Of a DNA stretch of 64,000 nt, positions 34,785-47,676 are shown one piece after another. How positions within the stretch are numbered: position 1 is the first letter of the stretch; every line of letters starts with the position of its first letter. The stretch spans positions 806,001-870,000 of the forward strand of contig NC_027218.1 of NCBI RefSeq assembly GCF_000981445.1, in the 5' to 3' direction. The position numbers and the translations under genes are program-made. The notes under the pieces are model-generated. The model was not told the DNA's origin. It saw only the letters and a program-made list of their open reading frames with translations, and did not search any database. The stretch is from Babesia bigemina. Taxonomy: Eukaryota.

Positions 34785-35787
34785 TCTGATACGATCCTGC
34801 GCAGACAGTGAGTGGGTGGCGAACGGAGAACGCGCAATACGCTCGCAGCACGAGGGGCACGACTACGGAGCCGCCCAACGGCCAACACGCGCCGCGCAAA
34901 GAAACGAAAAACATACCTCCGGTATATTACGATAAAAGGTGGTGATGTACGGTATGGGAATACCCTATGTGCCGTATTTAAAGAAATGTGCTCACGCCTA
35001 AACGTAGACCCCACTGGCAGGCGCGACGGAGCAACACCCCGGAGTTGGACACAACCAAAGCCTATGGTCTGGGCTGGGTTGTCATATCTTGGCATACAAT
35101 TTTGTGCTCTAGAGAGTCGCAGAATCTGTTTCACGCGGCACGGTTCAACGGCAATCGCTAGAACAGTCCGGCGACCGTTGCGGGACCGAATAGCACATAT
35201 TTCCTGCCGTCCGTGGGTGTGGTTGTACAGTTACGTGGTCTAGTAATGGTTGTTGTCTCGTGTTTGGTGAGCGAGAGGCGAGGGTATATCCATACGTGCC
35301 TTCTCCTGGCGCAATGGGTTGTGCCGCGATTCACCGTGACGAGGGTACACAGCGGAGCCGTTACGTATGGCGGCTAGAGCCGATGTGGTATTTGTAATAT
35401 ACGGCAAAATTGGTATTCCTGGCTTGCTTCAACGTGATGTACGTGCGTCATTATCAGCCATGTGACCGTCGGATCTGAATGGCTTCACGGTGTCCATAAC
35501 GTTCCGCAGAGCGGATATGTGCGTGCCAGGGTGCCAATCGATTTGCGGTGTATGGTCGATATGGCAATGCCGATCGGCAATCGCGCCATGTAGGTTGTGC
35601 CGGCGACACACCTGTAGTATACGCCGGCGCAGCGCTTCGAAAAACCTTTGTTGTCAGCTATACGCCGCGGTAATGCGGGGCCTTTGGGCAAATCGTTGGG
35701 TGCTTGCTGTCCAGTGGCGAGCGCAGCACCACAGCCTAGGGGCAAACGCACATTTCACTATCAACACTCTTCTCACTAACCGGCGAA

Positions 35788-36862
35788 ATGGCACCCCTTA
35801 AATTCGAAAAACTCATTTGCGGCTCCTCTGTGGACCTCCTGAAGAAGGACTTCGCCCACGAGAATCTCTGGGAGCTCGAACACACAGACGCACAGAAAGG
35901 AAGCAACTTCGTCAACAACCTCAAGCTCAACAAGGATGGCAACATGCTCGGTTCGACGCTCATCAAGGGCGACATCGGAACCCTGCACGCGGAGCTGAAG
36001 GCGCAGAACAGCGGCGCTCACTACCTCGAAGTCTCAGCAGTGGTACGTTGCAGAACTGGCGGTGCCGCAGCGACACATCGCAGCTGTGTGGCATTATGTG
36101 GATGTGTTTGTGCGAATGCGCCGTATGTGTATGCAAAAGGCAGGATCTGTCGATGTGGTTTGGTGGCAATTTCGTGGCTTCACCCTAGCCCTGTTTCGAA
36201 CGTAACTAATGTCTCTGCAGCACCCCCAGTACACCCCTATGACCGTCCACGCCAAGTGCGAGATCGACGTGCCCAAGGGAACCTACTCGGGCGAGGTCGC
36301 GGCTGACCACGTGCTCCCGATGAACTCGAGCCAGCTCAAGGTCCAGCCCTTCTCCCGCGATTACTCCGCGTTCTCGTTCACCAACTTCAAGCTGAACTGC
36401 GGACAGGTGTACGCTGGTGCCGAGCTTACCGGCAAGAACTGCTCGCTCCTGACCAACTACACGGGCGCACTTGGTTACAAGAAGCAGCGCGACGACAAGA
36501 CCTACCTCGTCGCTGCCAGGCTTTTCGGAGCCAGGGAGTACGGTCTCACCTCGCTGGTGGGAAACATATACGCTGGAAGGGCGCACGGATGTGCGCAGAA
36601 CGCGCTCGCCGTCGCCCTTGAGCACAGCTTCAAGGACACCACCACCAAGCTCAAGTTCGCAGGACTGTGGCACATCACAGAGCCACACCACCCTACCCCA
36701 GCCTACGTCAAGGGCAGGTGCGACACTGAGGGCAACTTCGCCTTCACCCTCTTCCAGAGGTTCAGCAGCAACCTCGCCGCCGCCGTCGGGGTGGACTTCA
36801 ATGCCAAGGAATCCGTGAGCCCGTCGACCGCCAACTACGGCTTCAAGATGATGCTTTCGTGA
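35788..36862 (+). CDS. VDAC: Mitochondrial outer-membrane porin (VDAC), intron ~36043-36220
   Basis: N-terminal helix MAPLKFEKL...DLLKKDF, followed by alternating beta-strand patterns and a C-terminal YGFKMMLS beta-signal. Confidence 0.8.
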
Positions 36863-37151
36863 ATAGAACCTGTCAAACCTAACGTAGAAGCGTATTGTTA
36901 GCAAAAAATGACGAATATGTTTGCATAGATGCGGCGTTCATGACGTTTTGGGTAGTGAGGCCGCTGTGAGAGGGGCATCCGTCGACCAGACTATGTCGTG
37001 AACAAGTGATGGGTCACTGCTGTCCAAACTTCATTAGAGCCGTTGTTCGTATCACGGTGTTGATTGTATGCTGCGATTGCATGTAATTGGCCTAGATCTC
37101 GGCCAAGTGGTTGCGCCTAGGCGCTGCCACAGCTGACGCATGGAGGGGTTG

Positions 37152-38518
37152 TCAGAGGTTCTCTGATGCCGTATCCGGAGGAAGCTGTAGCGCATTCCGG
37201 ATCTTGTCGGCATCAATACCGGGGCCGATGAACAAGAATCGATTGTCGTCCAAATCTGCGACCTCCGTCTCGCTAATCTCAAACAACATGCCGACGCCCT
37301 GCAATTGGAAGACTGAAGTCGCTCCATCGGCGTCAGTTACCATGGGGCAGTCCTTACGAGCTTTGAAAATGCCTTTGCACCTGGTTAAAATGTATCTGGT
37401 TCAAGAAATGGATACCAACCTGTAAACTGTTGCACCGGACTCCCAAAGTAAATGTGACACGAAGGTGTTGACATAATCCAACGAATAGACCCCTTGACTT
37501 TTTATGAAGACGTTAGAGGATGAATGGTCCCCATTGCGGGGGTGATGGTGGTCGTGGTGGCCTTCGGAGAGGAAGGTCATGATGCGCGAGGCGGCGAACA
37601 TTTGCAGGTTCATCACAGACTCGAAATCGACGTTACAGAAGCTCGTTTTAAGTACTTTTGCTGTAGGGTTCATGTCCTTGAGCATGGAAGTGAAATCGGC
37701 GAAAACGGAAGAAATCGATCCGGAACCGCCATTTTGCATCTGGGCCGCCGAGGCTTCGGCACCGCTCTGATGGCCATCTCCAAAATGACAATCTAGCTCG
37801 TCGATCTTGTTGATTATGATCACATCCGCAACGCTGAGCTGTTTGCGCATCAAATTCAGCATGTTTTTGTCGTCCAGAGTCTCATTGCCCAAGAGTTTGA
37901 ATCGCCGGTCACCTGAAGGCCGAGTGGGTGCACCGGCGTCATCGGTGCCCCTTATAGGAGCCGCCGTGCACTCCTCAAGCAACTTTGGGGCTTCAATATC
38001 CCCATCTTTGATTTTGCGATTGTTAGGGGACGGGGCGGCGTTGTTGTTGGCGCCACTGAGCACGGCCTGTATAACCGCTGGGCACGTCACCGACAGGACG
38101 CCGTCCAACAGCAGGGGGCTCTCCGGGTCGAGCCAGAAGTTTGAAGCCAACTCCAAGGGGTCAACGTTGCCGGCCGCTTCCACTACAAGCCAGTCGAAGT
38201 CGCAGCGAAACTGCAAAATGGACTCCACGGCTTCCACGATGCCGTCCTTCATGCTGCAACACAGGCAACCGTTGGGCAACTCGAACACTGAAGCTCCGCC
38301 AGCGCTCAACACGGGCTTCTCTATGCCCATTTCGGGCGAAAACTCGTTCTGCAGCACCGCGATGCGCATGCCATGGCGCTCTTTCAGCAGGCGCTGGATG
38401 AAGGTGGTCTGCACATTGTTATGTATAGGGGGAAGCAACTAACCTTCCCGCTACCAAGAAAGCCTGTTACCAGCGTGACAGGGATCTTCCGATCGCCCTG
38501 CACTTCAGTAGCCTCCAT
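37152..38518 (-). CDS. COG0523/CobW G3E GTPase zinc metallochaperone (ZNG1-like), 3 exons
   Basis: IPVTLVTGFLGSGK/TT (Walker A), IAVLQNEF, ELPNGCLCCS (CxCC), VEAAG, INKID, His-rich HHDHHH, and a CobW_C region YR/CKG...LQGV...FLFIG. Confidence 0.92.
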
Positions 38519-39126
38519 TCTACTCCGCGCAGCAAAAAATACAAAGCAGTCAATGGAAGGCTGGGCACTACACACTCATCGCTGTCGGACGGCGGTTGCC
38601 CGCCATGTGTTTATTTATACACATAGTGAGTGTGTATGTATCGGTGGTGGTGGTAGCGGCTCATAATTCGGGATTTGCGATGTCTATTCGCCCCGTGTAC
38701 GGGAGAAGTGGTCGCCAAAATTGCCGTTACTGCGTAAAGACAATAGAATCCACAAATATAATTCGGTATACATTCTTAGATCGCAAAACAAATGCTGGAT
38801 TTAGTGCTCTAAGGCTGTCGCCATGGCAGGGCAGACCACCAAATGAAGTTTGCTAGACACGTTAAACACAAATGTCTGTTAAAGTGCCGTTCGTCTGATA
38901 CCATCAGTTGTTGAAACACATATTTAACGGTTTTTAGTCTGGGTGTACGGCGACTTGGGTCTCATTATACTCTACAGCCCGAGTATGGACCTAAATTTCG
39001 CCAAACCAACCGGTAGGCATTGCCCGTTTTGAAACCGCTTTTCACTCGCTGTTTGGAGACGCATGCTAAACTCCATATTGCGTTGACGCAAGTTTCTGAC
39101 AAAGCTGAATCGAAGAGCAACGCAAC

Positions 39127-39423
39127 TTACTGGTTTTCAATGCTTATGCGATGGTTCTCCTGGCCCAGAGCATCCGCTTGCGCCAGCAGCTGCATGGTGG
39201 AGGTGCGATATTCGGCGTCCTTGCGATAGAATTCCTGCACCAGCGACTGGTACTTCTCCTGGAGAGCCTTGTATGCCTTGATGGCGTCTGCAACAGAAGA
39301 GAAGTACTCCGACTCCAGGTTGCTACGCAACGTGACTTGCTGCTCCTCGGCAGACTTCACGAAGTCGTCCAGCATCTCTTGACCGATTATCATATTTATA
39401 TCGTAGTGAACGTTGGCTCCCAT
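39127..39423 (-). CDS. Small coiled-coil hypothetical protein (may have an extra 3' exon)
   Basis: 98-aa ATG ORF with coding-like codon usage and heptads (AYKALQEKYQSLVQEF); a GTAAGT donor overlaps the stop. Confidence 0.45.
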   Translation of the reverse strand: MGANVHYDINMIIGQEMLDDFVKSAEEQQVTLRSNLESEYFSSVADAIKAYKALQEKYQSLVQEFYRKDAEYRTSTMQLLAQADALGQENHRISIENQ

Positions 39424-39862
39424 CGTTTACCCCTCTAGCCGGATCTATGATCATCAGCCCGAATTGCATCTAATAATCCGTGTACTGGATATGGTATTCG
39501 ACGACCCTCCCAAAAAATATCCTCACGATTTGCATACGAACCCAACCACGATTCAGCACTGATTCGTAGTACCATAAGAATCGTACGAAAAATGGGCGGA
39601 CCCCGCATCAGGTGGGACGCCGGCCCGCAAGCAGGAGTGACCCTGACAAGTATATTGGAGACAGAGGCTATAATGGCCGATGCCCGCAACACCATGACCC
39701 ACAAAGCTGTCGACCGTATACTTTAGTCAATGCATATGTAATCTGAGCTGAATCATTAATGCAGCAAGTTACATTAGAAAACTGGTGTAAAACGGTCATA
39801 CGCACCTGCTGGCCCAATTGTGCTCACCAATCATGCCCGAAACGACGGTCGTACCCAACAAA

Positions 39863-42250
39863 TCACACCCACATAAGGCCTTCACGTGCGCCTGCCGTGA
39901 AAAGCCAAGGCTCAGCAGTGTGCCACTTGGCATCAGCAATGGCGTACGTCTTCAGGTCCTTGAGCGGCACGATCACGGGGTCCTTTGATAGGTCGTCCGG
40001 CACGCTGACGTGGATCAGATGGACAATCCTATCGCAATGATGAAGCAAAAATGCCCATGTAACGTACCCGGCAGATGAAGCTACCAGCAGTAGCGGCAGG
40101 GAAGGGTGGAACTCCACCTTTACAATCTGTTCTCCCTTAAACCTAGGAGGATATAGTAAAACTGTAATTTACACTTACTGGAACTTCTTGTACGGGTACA
40201 TGCCTACATTCAAGTCGAACAGAACCACGCTGCCATTTTCGTCTGCCACCGCCAGAATCTGGGCGCCTCTGTTCAGGTGCATCGAAACCGGCAGGTCAAC
40301 ACCAGTGAGTTTCTCACCCTCACTGTCCAGCTTCTCGTTCTTCACCTTTAGATTGTACAAACGAACGCCCTTCCTCAAGCCAAGGATAAGCTTGGGTTCC
40401 AACGGGTGGAACATGGCCAGGCGAATAGCGTTGTTGCTCATCTTGTTGCCGACGCGAATGAACGTCTTTTTGGTTAGACAGTAAATCACGCACTGGTTGC
40501 CGGACTCTCGGCTATGCGGAGACACTCCGACCACGTAGTTACCCTGAGGGTGAACTGATACGCGGTGGAGCTCGTCGACGTGGTCCACTGACAGCGCTTC
40601 GTGCTTGCCAAAACGCACGGATCTCCAGCCACCTGACGCATTGCTCAAGCTTATCATTTCCAGAGCCTTCTCATACGCGCCCTTCTCTTCGGTCTGCAAA
40701 ATGGATGAATCTCATGCCACTTTTTACCACTCACCTCAGTAGCCTTCTTGCGCGAGCTTGGCTGGTCGTCAGACTTCGGCCTTAGATTGGGCAGCTCAAT
40801 CGCTACGAAAGACATAGTGCTGCCATGGGATACGATGAGAATTGGGTAACGTGGGTGCCAGCAGATATCGTAAATCTTTTCTAAACCTTCGACACGATCG
40901 AAAACCCGACCATTCAAAACGCTGCAGATGTGAATAGCGTCCACAGATGCGAGCGCAGCCCATCTCCCGGTGCAGTCAATCGAGACTTTACGGGTGCCAG
41001 AAACGCGGAATTCAACCGATGTGCGGCTGGGGAATGGTCCCAAAGTGTCAATGTCAGGGAGCTTGGGATACAGGGTCTCAGGGTTCACGTTCATCTTCAG
41101 CTTAACCGCCCTCGGGCACAAGTAGAGCTGCATACAGCGACGGTAACGCTCAAGAATGAGGTTCTCGTAGGATCCAACCTTGCGCAAGCAGTCGAATTTT
41201 TGAGGCAGGTAATCCATTTTGCGATCCTCAGGTTCCGTTTCAAGCCACTCTTTGGTTTCCTGTTTGCAGATTGGATGGTGCATACAATGTGTATTATCAC
41301 CTACCTCTTCGTCTAAGAGGTATTCCTCAGGTGGGTTGTACGATTCGCTGTGGGTTGGGAGCGCCGCCTTGGGGGCACTGATTTCATGTTGGCGACCACG
41401 TCGTGCTGTTTTCGGGTCCACCTGGTAGATGCAGTCAAGCCAAATATCCTCAATAGGCTCCTCCGGAGGCTCATCGGGCTCAGCTTTGACGACCAGCTTG
41501 CCGCTTTTGATAAGCTTAACCAGCCTGCACGCATGTAAGCGGTCAATGGGTTCACCGTACCTCCTGATCTTGGCGGCCTCAAATTTGGATGGCATAAAGT
41601 TGGCCTTCTTAGGCGGCTTGTTAGACACAGGGTGTATGCTGCCGAAATTGTAAGACTAGCGTGCAAAATTGTAACGTACGCATCTTCATTGCCAAAATCA
41701 ATGTAAAGGTCCTCCTGGTTGTAGTTCTCCCTGGGGTACATACCCTTCCGGATACGGCTGATCAGCTGACATATCATGTCTTGTATAACACGAAGTTAAT
41801 ACCTTCAGGTCCTCGTCAGTGAGGCGCACCGTCCTGTTATTGCGAACGTCAACAATCGTACGCCAGGCGTCGGGATTGTCCGACTGGAATAGTAGCTTCC
41901 CTATCTCTGTGGAATCAAGCTCCTTAGCAAGCTTCTGGCCTTCCACAGTGTAACCTAGTGAAATGTGAAGCCTCAAAAAGATCGCAGGACCTACCGATAT
42001 GACCCTCGTTGTCGTACCAGCTGAGGGGGACCCTGCCGATGCGATTCAAAGAACCCTCCTCCTCATCCGAATCGAAGTATCCATCATCTTCCACATCTCT
42101 TGGTACTGGAGGAGGTGAGTTTGGTACGCTTTGGGCGGTGGGAGCGGACTTCACCGTCGATCGCGAGCTGGATCTCGTCGACGATGACGAGGCGGCAGCA
42201 GGCGAAGCCTTCCGAGAACGGGCTTTTCCGTTACGCTTTGAAGGCGCCAT
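39863..42250 (-). CDS. BOP1: Ribosome biogenesis protein BOP1/ERB1 (WD40), multi-exon
   Basis: LNRIGRVPLSWYDNEGHIG/Y, DNPDAWRTIVD, FMPSKFEAAKI, LPTHSESYNPPEEYL, ERYRRCMQLYLCPR, and WD repeats ending DPVIVPLK...WHTAEPWLFTAG. Confidence 0.93.
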
Positions 42251-42942
42251 TTTACTCTAATATGTGCGATAAAAATGTATAAGTGGGTTGCAGGAGGGAG
42301 CGATTCTCTCGTTTCACCCAACGATAACAGGCGCTCCATACAGGCCGTTAGAAGCCCCAATGCTTATATGTTTACACATCAACTGTAGAAGCAAAATCAA
42401 TTTGACTTTGGTGAATAATTAATCAGGGCTATCGACCTGTGTCCTGGCTACGGACGGTGAATCCGTTGTTGGTTCACATCCCGGCCAGCAACCTTTAGCA
42501 TAGGTGGCAATACCGATGTGTAACACGAAACGCGTAATTGTGTCTTATGAGACAGCTTGAAACGGAAACCGCGGCTTCTGCACCTGGTCTAGCCTGCCGC
42601 GGAATCCTACGCCGCGGCGACACCGAACGGAGCAGCGAGAGGTCAATTCGCAACTTATGCGTTACACCTCGATAGAATACGATGTCTATGTGGATTTTCA
42701 TGAGTCATTGTAGTTAAATTATAGCGGCCGCGATACACAGTGTCGCACATATGTGCACCAACCGGGAGCCTACGCGTCGACCGTGCTTCCGGCTGACGCA
42801 ATAGAGAGCATAACAACTCGAACTAATGTTTCAGACATCGGTAAAATAGTAGACGAAAATATTTTTCGTTAAGGAGCAGTCATAAGCCAAAGCGCTGCTG
42901 CTTGTGTAAAACTAGACGCAGCCGTCAGTGACTTATCGCACG

Positions 42943-45900
42943 ATGGAGGGACACAACGCAGACGGTAGGATGGGCCACAATCACCGTTACAGGGTTATAC
43001 TACATGGACCCTCCGTTTGGAAGGGTGTAGTGAGGCCCCCAGATGCGGATCAGCAGGCACCGTTCATCGTTGCCTTCGAGCCCCAAAATGACCTAGTGGC
43101 GATGCAGCAGGGGACCCTTGAGCTCAACGACTTCATCATCGATGAAGTAACATGCACGACGCAGATATTCTCAATTTTTTTCTTCGAAATGCAGGAGCAG
43201 GCTGTCAATGCGCAGCAGGCACTCTCCAGATCACTAGACAGATTGCAGACTGTCTATGACATTTTCCAGAACACGAGAGTTATTGAGGCACTGGAGCAAG
43301 CTTTGGGAAGCGTGCATGTGCCACTGGAGGTTGTTGTGAGCCGAGTGGATCTCACCGGTGACGAGGCAGGGAATGGTTCGCTTAATGCAGACAAGGAGTC
43401 GTACACCATCCGCATGGCCGTATCACAGGGGTTGTCTACCGTAACACCTGAAACCAACCTATTGGATGTTGCTAGACAGGCGATTTCGAGAAAGGGTGCG
43501 CTCTTAAACCGCGTGTCAATCAGTTTTTACGAGTTGCCGGCCAACAGGGCAACCAGTGTGGCACAGACGCCGGCACACGTTGGGTTGTCAGGTATCGTAG
43601 GGAAATCGGCGAAATCAACACCCAGGAATATAACTCGGGGGACAACTCCGTGCGCCCGCATCGGCAAGGCCGTTGTGGACCTCTACAGCAAGCGTGGTCT
43701 GATCAACCCGCCAACACCGTGGCTCATGGCACCATATAATGAAAACGTACTGGTTGCTGCCAGCCCGGTTCTGAAGGCTACTGTAGCTTCACAGCAACTC
43801 GAAGAGTTGTTGCAGCAGTCTGATGAAGGTCTCAGGTCGATATCCCAGGATCAGTACGTCCATGAGGCTGAACTCAAAAATCTAAATTTACCAACTGAGA
43901 CAAACAACGACGCGGAGGGCATAGCTGTTGAACAGGTATCTCTTGAAATCAATGGTGGGTTGGAGAATCAGGGATTCGACTTTGACGATGTAAGGCCGCC
44001 GTCATCCGACAGGACGAACGCTTCGGGGATTGCCAATGCTGTTGATGAGGCGTTGCAGCTTTTCGACAGGTGGAACTTTGACGATTTTGAAGTTTTTAAC
44101 GTACCGGAGCCCGTCATACAAATACCCAAATCCTCCAGCAGAAAGGTCAGCATTGGTGTCGATGACGAGAGGGTCAAACAACTTGAAGATGAGAACAAGG
44201 AATTGCATGAGACGAATACCAATCACTTACAGGAGATAGCTTATTTGCGGGATCAGGTGGACGAACTCGAGTTGGACCTCAGGAGACAAGTAGACACGGT
44301 CAAGCTCCAGCATGAAATTGAAACTACCAAACTCAAGGAAGCTTTGAAGGACAGGGAAAGAGTCATCAGTGAAATGAACTCAGCCAGATCTTCTACCGAT
44401 GCTGGGCTCACTTTGGAATCTGCTCGGGAAATACAGACGCTGAACGAGGAGATTGATTCCGTAACCGAGGAGAAGCAAAGATTGTTAAAGCAGGTTAAAC
44501 TTATGACCGAGGAAAGGAATAAAATGGCGGAGGAGTTGGATTCATTGAAAATACGCATGTCAGAGGTCACCAAGATGGAAAACGCGATTAAGCAAATCCA
44601 GGATGAAAAGGAAGGTCATATAGCAATCATGCGCGATTGCATAGGCAAGTTGAGAAAGGAGAAAGAGGGTTTGGCCAGTGATCTCGACAAACATCGACGA
44701 GAGAATACAAAGCTGGTTCGTGAATTGAAACATGCGAAATTCGTCGAGGACCAGCTGAAGGAGACGTTGAAGAAATTTGAGGGTGACGTGGCACATCTCA
44801 ATGACACCGAATATGAGCTTAAGGCTTCAAGGGCGGCGCTGAAGGAAAGGGATGCTGAAATTAAGACACTTAAACTGGACATGGAGCGTCTTAACGGTGA
44901 ACGTACAGAAGCCGAAAGGACACTGAATGATTTAAAAAAGCGATTTGCTGAAATCACAGAAACGGTCAAAAATGTGGAAGAGGAGCTTTTTGCCGAACGC
45001 AAGATATCGCTAGAACAGAAGGAAACTATTAAGAACTTGGAGGCCAATAAATGTGCTTTGGAGGTGGAAATAAAAGATGGCGAAACGATGAGAGAGAAGT
45101 TGAAACAGGACAAGTCAGAAGCGGTAGGCAGGTACCTCAAAGAGAAGATCAAGCATGATGGTCTTTTGAGGGAACATGAATTGAAATGCAACAGGCTCTC
45201 TGGTGAAGTTAAAGAGCTTAGCACAAAGCTCAATTTGGTGGTCCACCAGCATGATCAGATGAGAATCAAGTATGCCTCACACATAATAAAATCATCCATC
45301 ACGTCAGGTATAGCTGAACGGAAGATGGAGTCGAATGAAAAGGCGACGATTGGTTTGGTTAAAACAGTGCTTAAGTTCAAGGCAGAATTGGCGCGGAAAC
45401 GCTGCCAGCTCAGGCTTATGGCAAAGGCATTACAAATGCCCACTGACACTACGGACAAGGACATTTTGACTGAACTCAGGAAGCCTAGAACATTGGACTC
45501 GTTAACGCAGCAGAAGCTCAAGAACTACGAAAAGCTGAAGACAGTCCACAGCAAGCTCAAAACGGAGAAGGACGAACTGGCTAAATTGCTGGAAGTTAAG
45601 ACTAGCGGGTATAACAAATATGTACGTCGTCATGATCAGCTACATGAAGAAAACAGGAGACTCAATACTTTGCTAGCCTCAGAGCGTGAAAGGTTGTCCG
45701 CAATGCAAATGGAAGCAAAGAGGCAAATTAGAGATGAGGTTATAAAGGTCAATGAAGATAAAAGGCTCTTGCACGCTAAGCAATGTGAACTTATGATGGA
45801 AAACCAAATTTTAAAGCAAGAAAACGCTATGTTGAAGCAACGGGTTGCGTTGCAATTGGATTCGTCTGGCATTGACAGAAGTGAGTCCGTCAAATCATAC

Positions 45901-46260
45901 AGGTATGAATCTTTGGATGGAAATAAACTAGTCATCAAGAAACTAAGCAATATGACTAATGTTCTTAGTTCGGGAGGTGTGAAGCACGGGGGCATCAGGT
46001 GCCGGATAAGCGACACTACCTTCGAAGATGATCTTAGCGTAGACTACACCGAAAGCATAGATTTGGATAGACAACGCACTATCGAAAAGCCTTATATCGC
46101 TGGCTCCCCTTGTGCCTACAAGGACACCAAGGCATCGCTCTACAGCAGGAAGGCCACTCTGGAGAAGTTGAGGACGAAGCAGCAACCGAAGGAAGATTAC
46201 CGCGCTGAGGGCATATACGGTGGAAGTGGTATAAAGAATAGGCATCCTTGGGTGTTTTAA
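42943..46260 (+). CDS. Large coiled-coil protein (~1105 aa), function unknown
   Basis: Intronless ORF with a ~550-aa continuous E/K/L heptad region after a globular N-terminus. Confidence 0.8.
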   Translation: MEGHNADGRMGHNHRYRVILHGPSVWKGVVRPPDADQQAPFIVAFEPQNDLVAMQQGTLELNDFIIDEVTCTTQIFSIFFFEMQEQAVNAQQALSRSLDRLQTVYDIFQNTRVIEALEQALGSVHVPLEVVVSRVDLTGDEAGNGSLNADKESYTIRMAVSQGLSTVTPETNLLDVARQAISRKGALLNRVSISFYELPANRATSVAQTPAHVGLSGIVGKSAKSTPRNITRGTTPCARIGKAVVDLYSKRGLINPPTPWLMAPYNENVLVAASPVLKATVASQQLEELLQQSDEGLRSISQDQYVHEAELKNLNLPTETNNDAEGIAVEQVSLEINGGLENQGFDFDDVRPPSSDRTNASGIANAVDEALQLFDRWNFDDFEVFNVPEPVIQIPKSSSRKVSIGVDDERVKQLEDENKELHETNTNHLQEIAYLRDQVDELELDLRRQVDTVKLQHEIETTKLKEALKDRERVISEMNSARSSTDAGLTLESAREIQTLNEEIDSVTEEKQRLLKQVKLMTEERNKMAEELDSLKIRMSEVTKMENAIKQIQDEKEGHIAIMRDCIGKLRKEKEGLASDLDKHRRENTKLVRELKHAKFVEDQLKETLKKFEGDVAHLNDTEYELKASRAALKERDAEIKTLKLDMERLNGERTEAERTLNDLKKRFAEITETVKNVEEELFAERKISLEQKETIKNLEANKCALEVEIKDGETMREKLKQDKSEAVGRYLKEKIKHDGLLREHELKCNRLSGEVKELSTKLNLVVHQHDQMRIKYASHIIKSSITSGIAERKMESNEKATIGLVKTVLKFKAELARKRCQLRLMAKALQMPTDTTDKDILTELRKPRTLDSLTQQKLKNYEKLKTVHSKLKTEKDELAKLLEVKTSGYNKYVRRHDQLHEENRRLNTLLASERERLSAMQMEAKRQIRDEVIKVNEDKRLLHAKQCELMMENQILKQENAMLKQRVALQLDSSGIDRSESVKSYRYESLDGNKLVIKKLSNMTNVLSSGGVKHGGIRCRISDTTFEDDLSVDYTESIDLDRQRTIEKPYIAGSPCAYKDTKASLYSRKATLEKLRTKQQPKEDYRAEGIYGGSGIKNRHPWVF

Positions 46261-47676
46261 GTAAATCTTTTGGGTAGTGGAACAGGTTTATTCTCAAAGA
46301 ATGCGCCTGGTTGTTAGGTGTCGAGGCAATCATGGGCACTAATTGTACAAAACACCGAGTAAAGGGATAGTCTATCACGACATTGCCATGACATTTTATA
46401 CCAGGTATCATGGTTTGTGCCTACTTAGTTGCAAATAATAATGAGTATTAGCTGTCACATGACTCACGTAACACTTTAGTGAACCTACGAATGCAGTAAC
46501 ATAATGTAGAATAATATGTAATTGCGAGTGGTTGCCATGAGTTGGCTTCTTATTATTGTGTTATCTCGTCTTATAGTGTGCTATGTGGCTACGTGCCTTG
46601 GGCCGGTTTTCGATTTTGCGGGGCTGCTGCTTCACGATGATGCCGGTTGCGAGATCCACGTCGGTCCGTTGCCGAGCGTCACTGGTGCCACCTGTATCAC
46701 CAATCCTGTCTGGGCGCCAGGGTCGTTCACAAAGAAGTGATCACCTTGAACCACCATTTCGCCTATCAGATAGGCCTGTGCCTATAACATATCATCTGGC
46801 GTATCTATTCCCCTTTCGGCTTCTTCACCACGTCTTCACACCTGCTGTATCTCAGTCTTGACATAGAGGCATTGGTTGGTAACCCTGGCTTCCACGATGA
46901 TCGTCGCACTCTGCTTCCTATTCGGATGGAATTCAGCTTAGTAACGCTCCTTGTCCTTCTCCATGTTGAGCGTCTTGTCCTCGGCAATCCATTGTTACCA
47001 TCGTCATTCACCTACTCCTCACTGCCGTTCTGCCAGTATGGTCTTTTGCAGTTCCTTTTATATTCACTGTTATTCAATGTTACACTCCGAATTCTCCATA
47101 TTAACGTCATATTCCTATAACACGCAGCGTAGATTCCACTACTTGTGAAGGCAGCAAAGAGTCAATTAACCGGGAGATATCTCGCCTCGTTTTTACAACA
47201 TGCTGCTATTCAGATGACTGCACTGCACCATTCCATTTGACGTTTCGCGAATGTATCCTCTCTTGTATTGTTGGCGTATGGCAGCAGTGGGGCGTACCAG
47301 TAATTGCGCAGAGGCAGTGTAGAATTTGATGCGAATATTAACTCGCAGCTTGCATCACCTCCGGCTGTTTCATAAGGAAGTTGAACATTGGAGTGTAGTT
47401 GGGAGGTCTGACGTCACCTCCGAAGTGGGTTATAATTTCGAGCTGTCTGGGTACTGGCAGCTGGGATTAGGTGAGCGAAGTGGATGCTAGTTTTGTCGTG
47501 AGTTTCAAATACGCCGTCAATAGGGTATATGCGCAAGTAATGTAGTTTGGAGCACTGAGAGAAGAGTTTGCCAGCCTTCAAGTGCTTGTCGCATGTTTGC
47601 AGGAGTTGAGTGTATGCAACCTCAAATTAGTGGTGGGTTGCTTGAGGTCGCACTCACGTTAAGTTTACGCTTCTGA

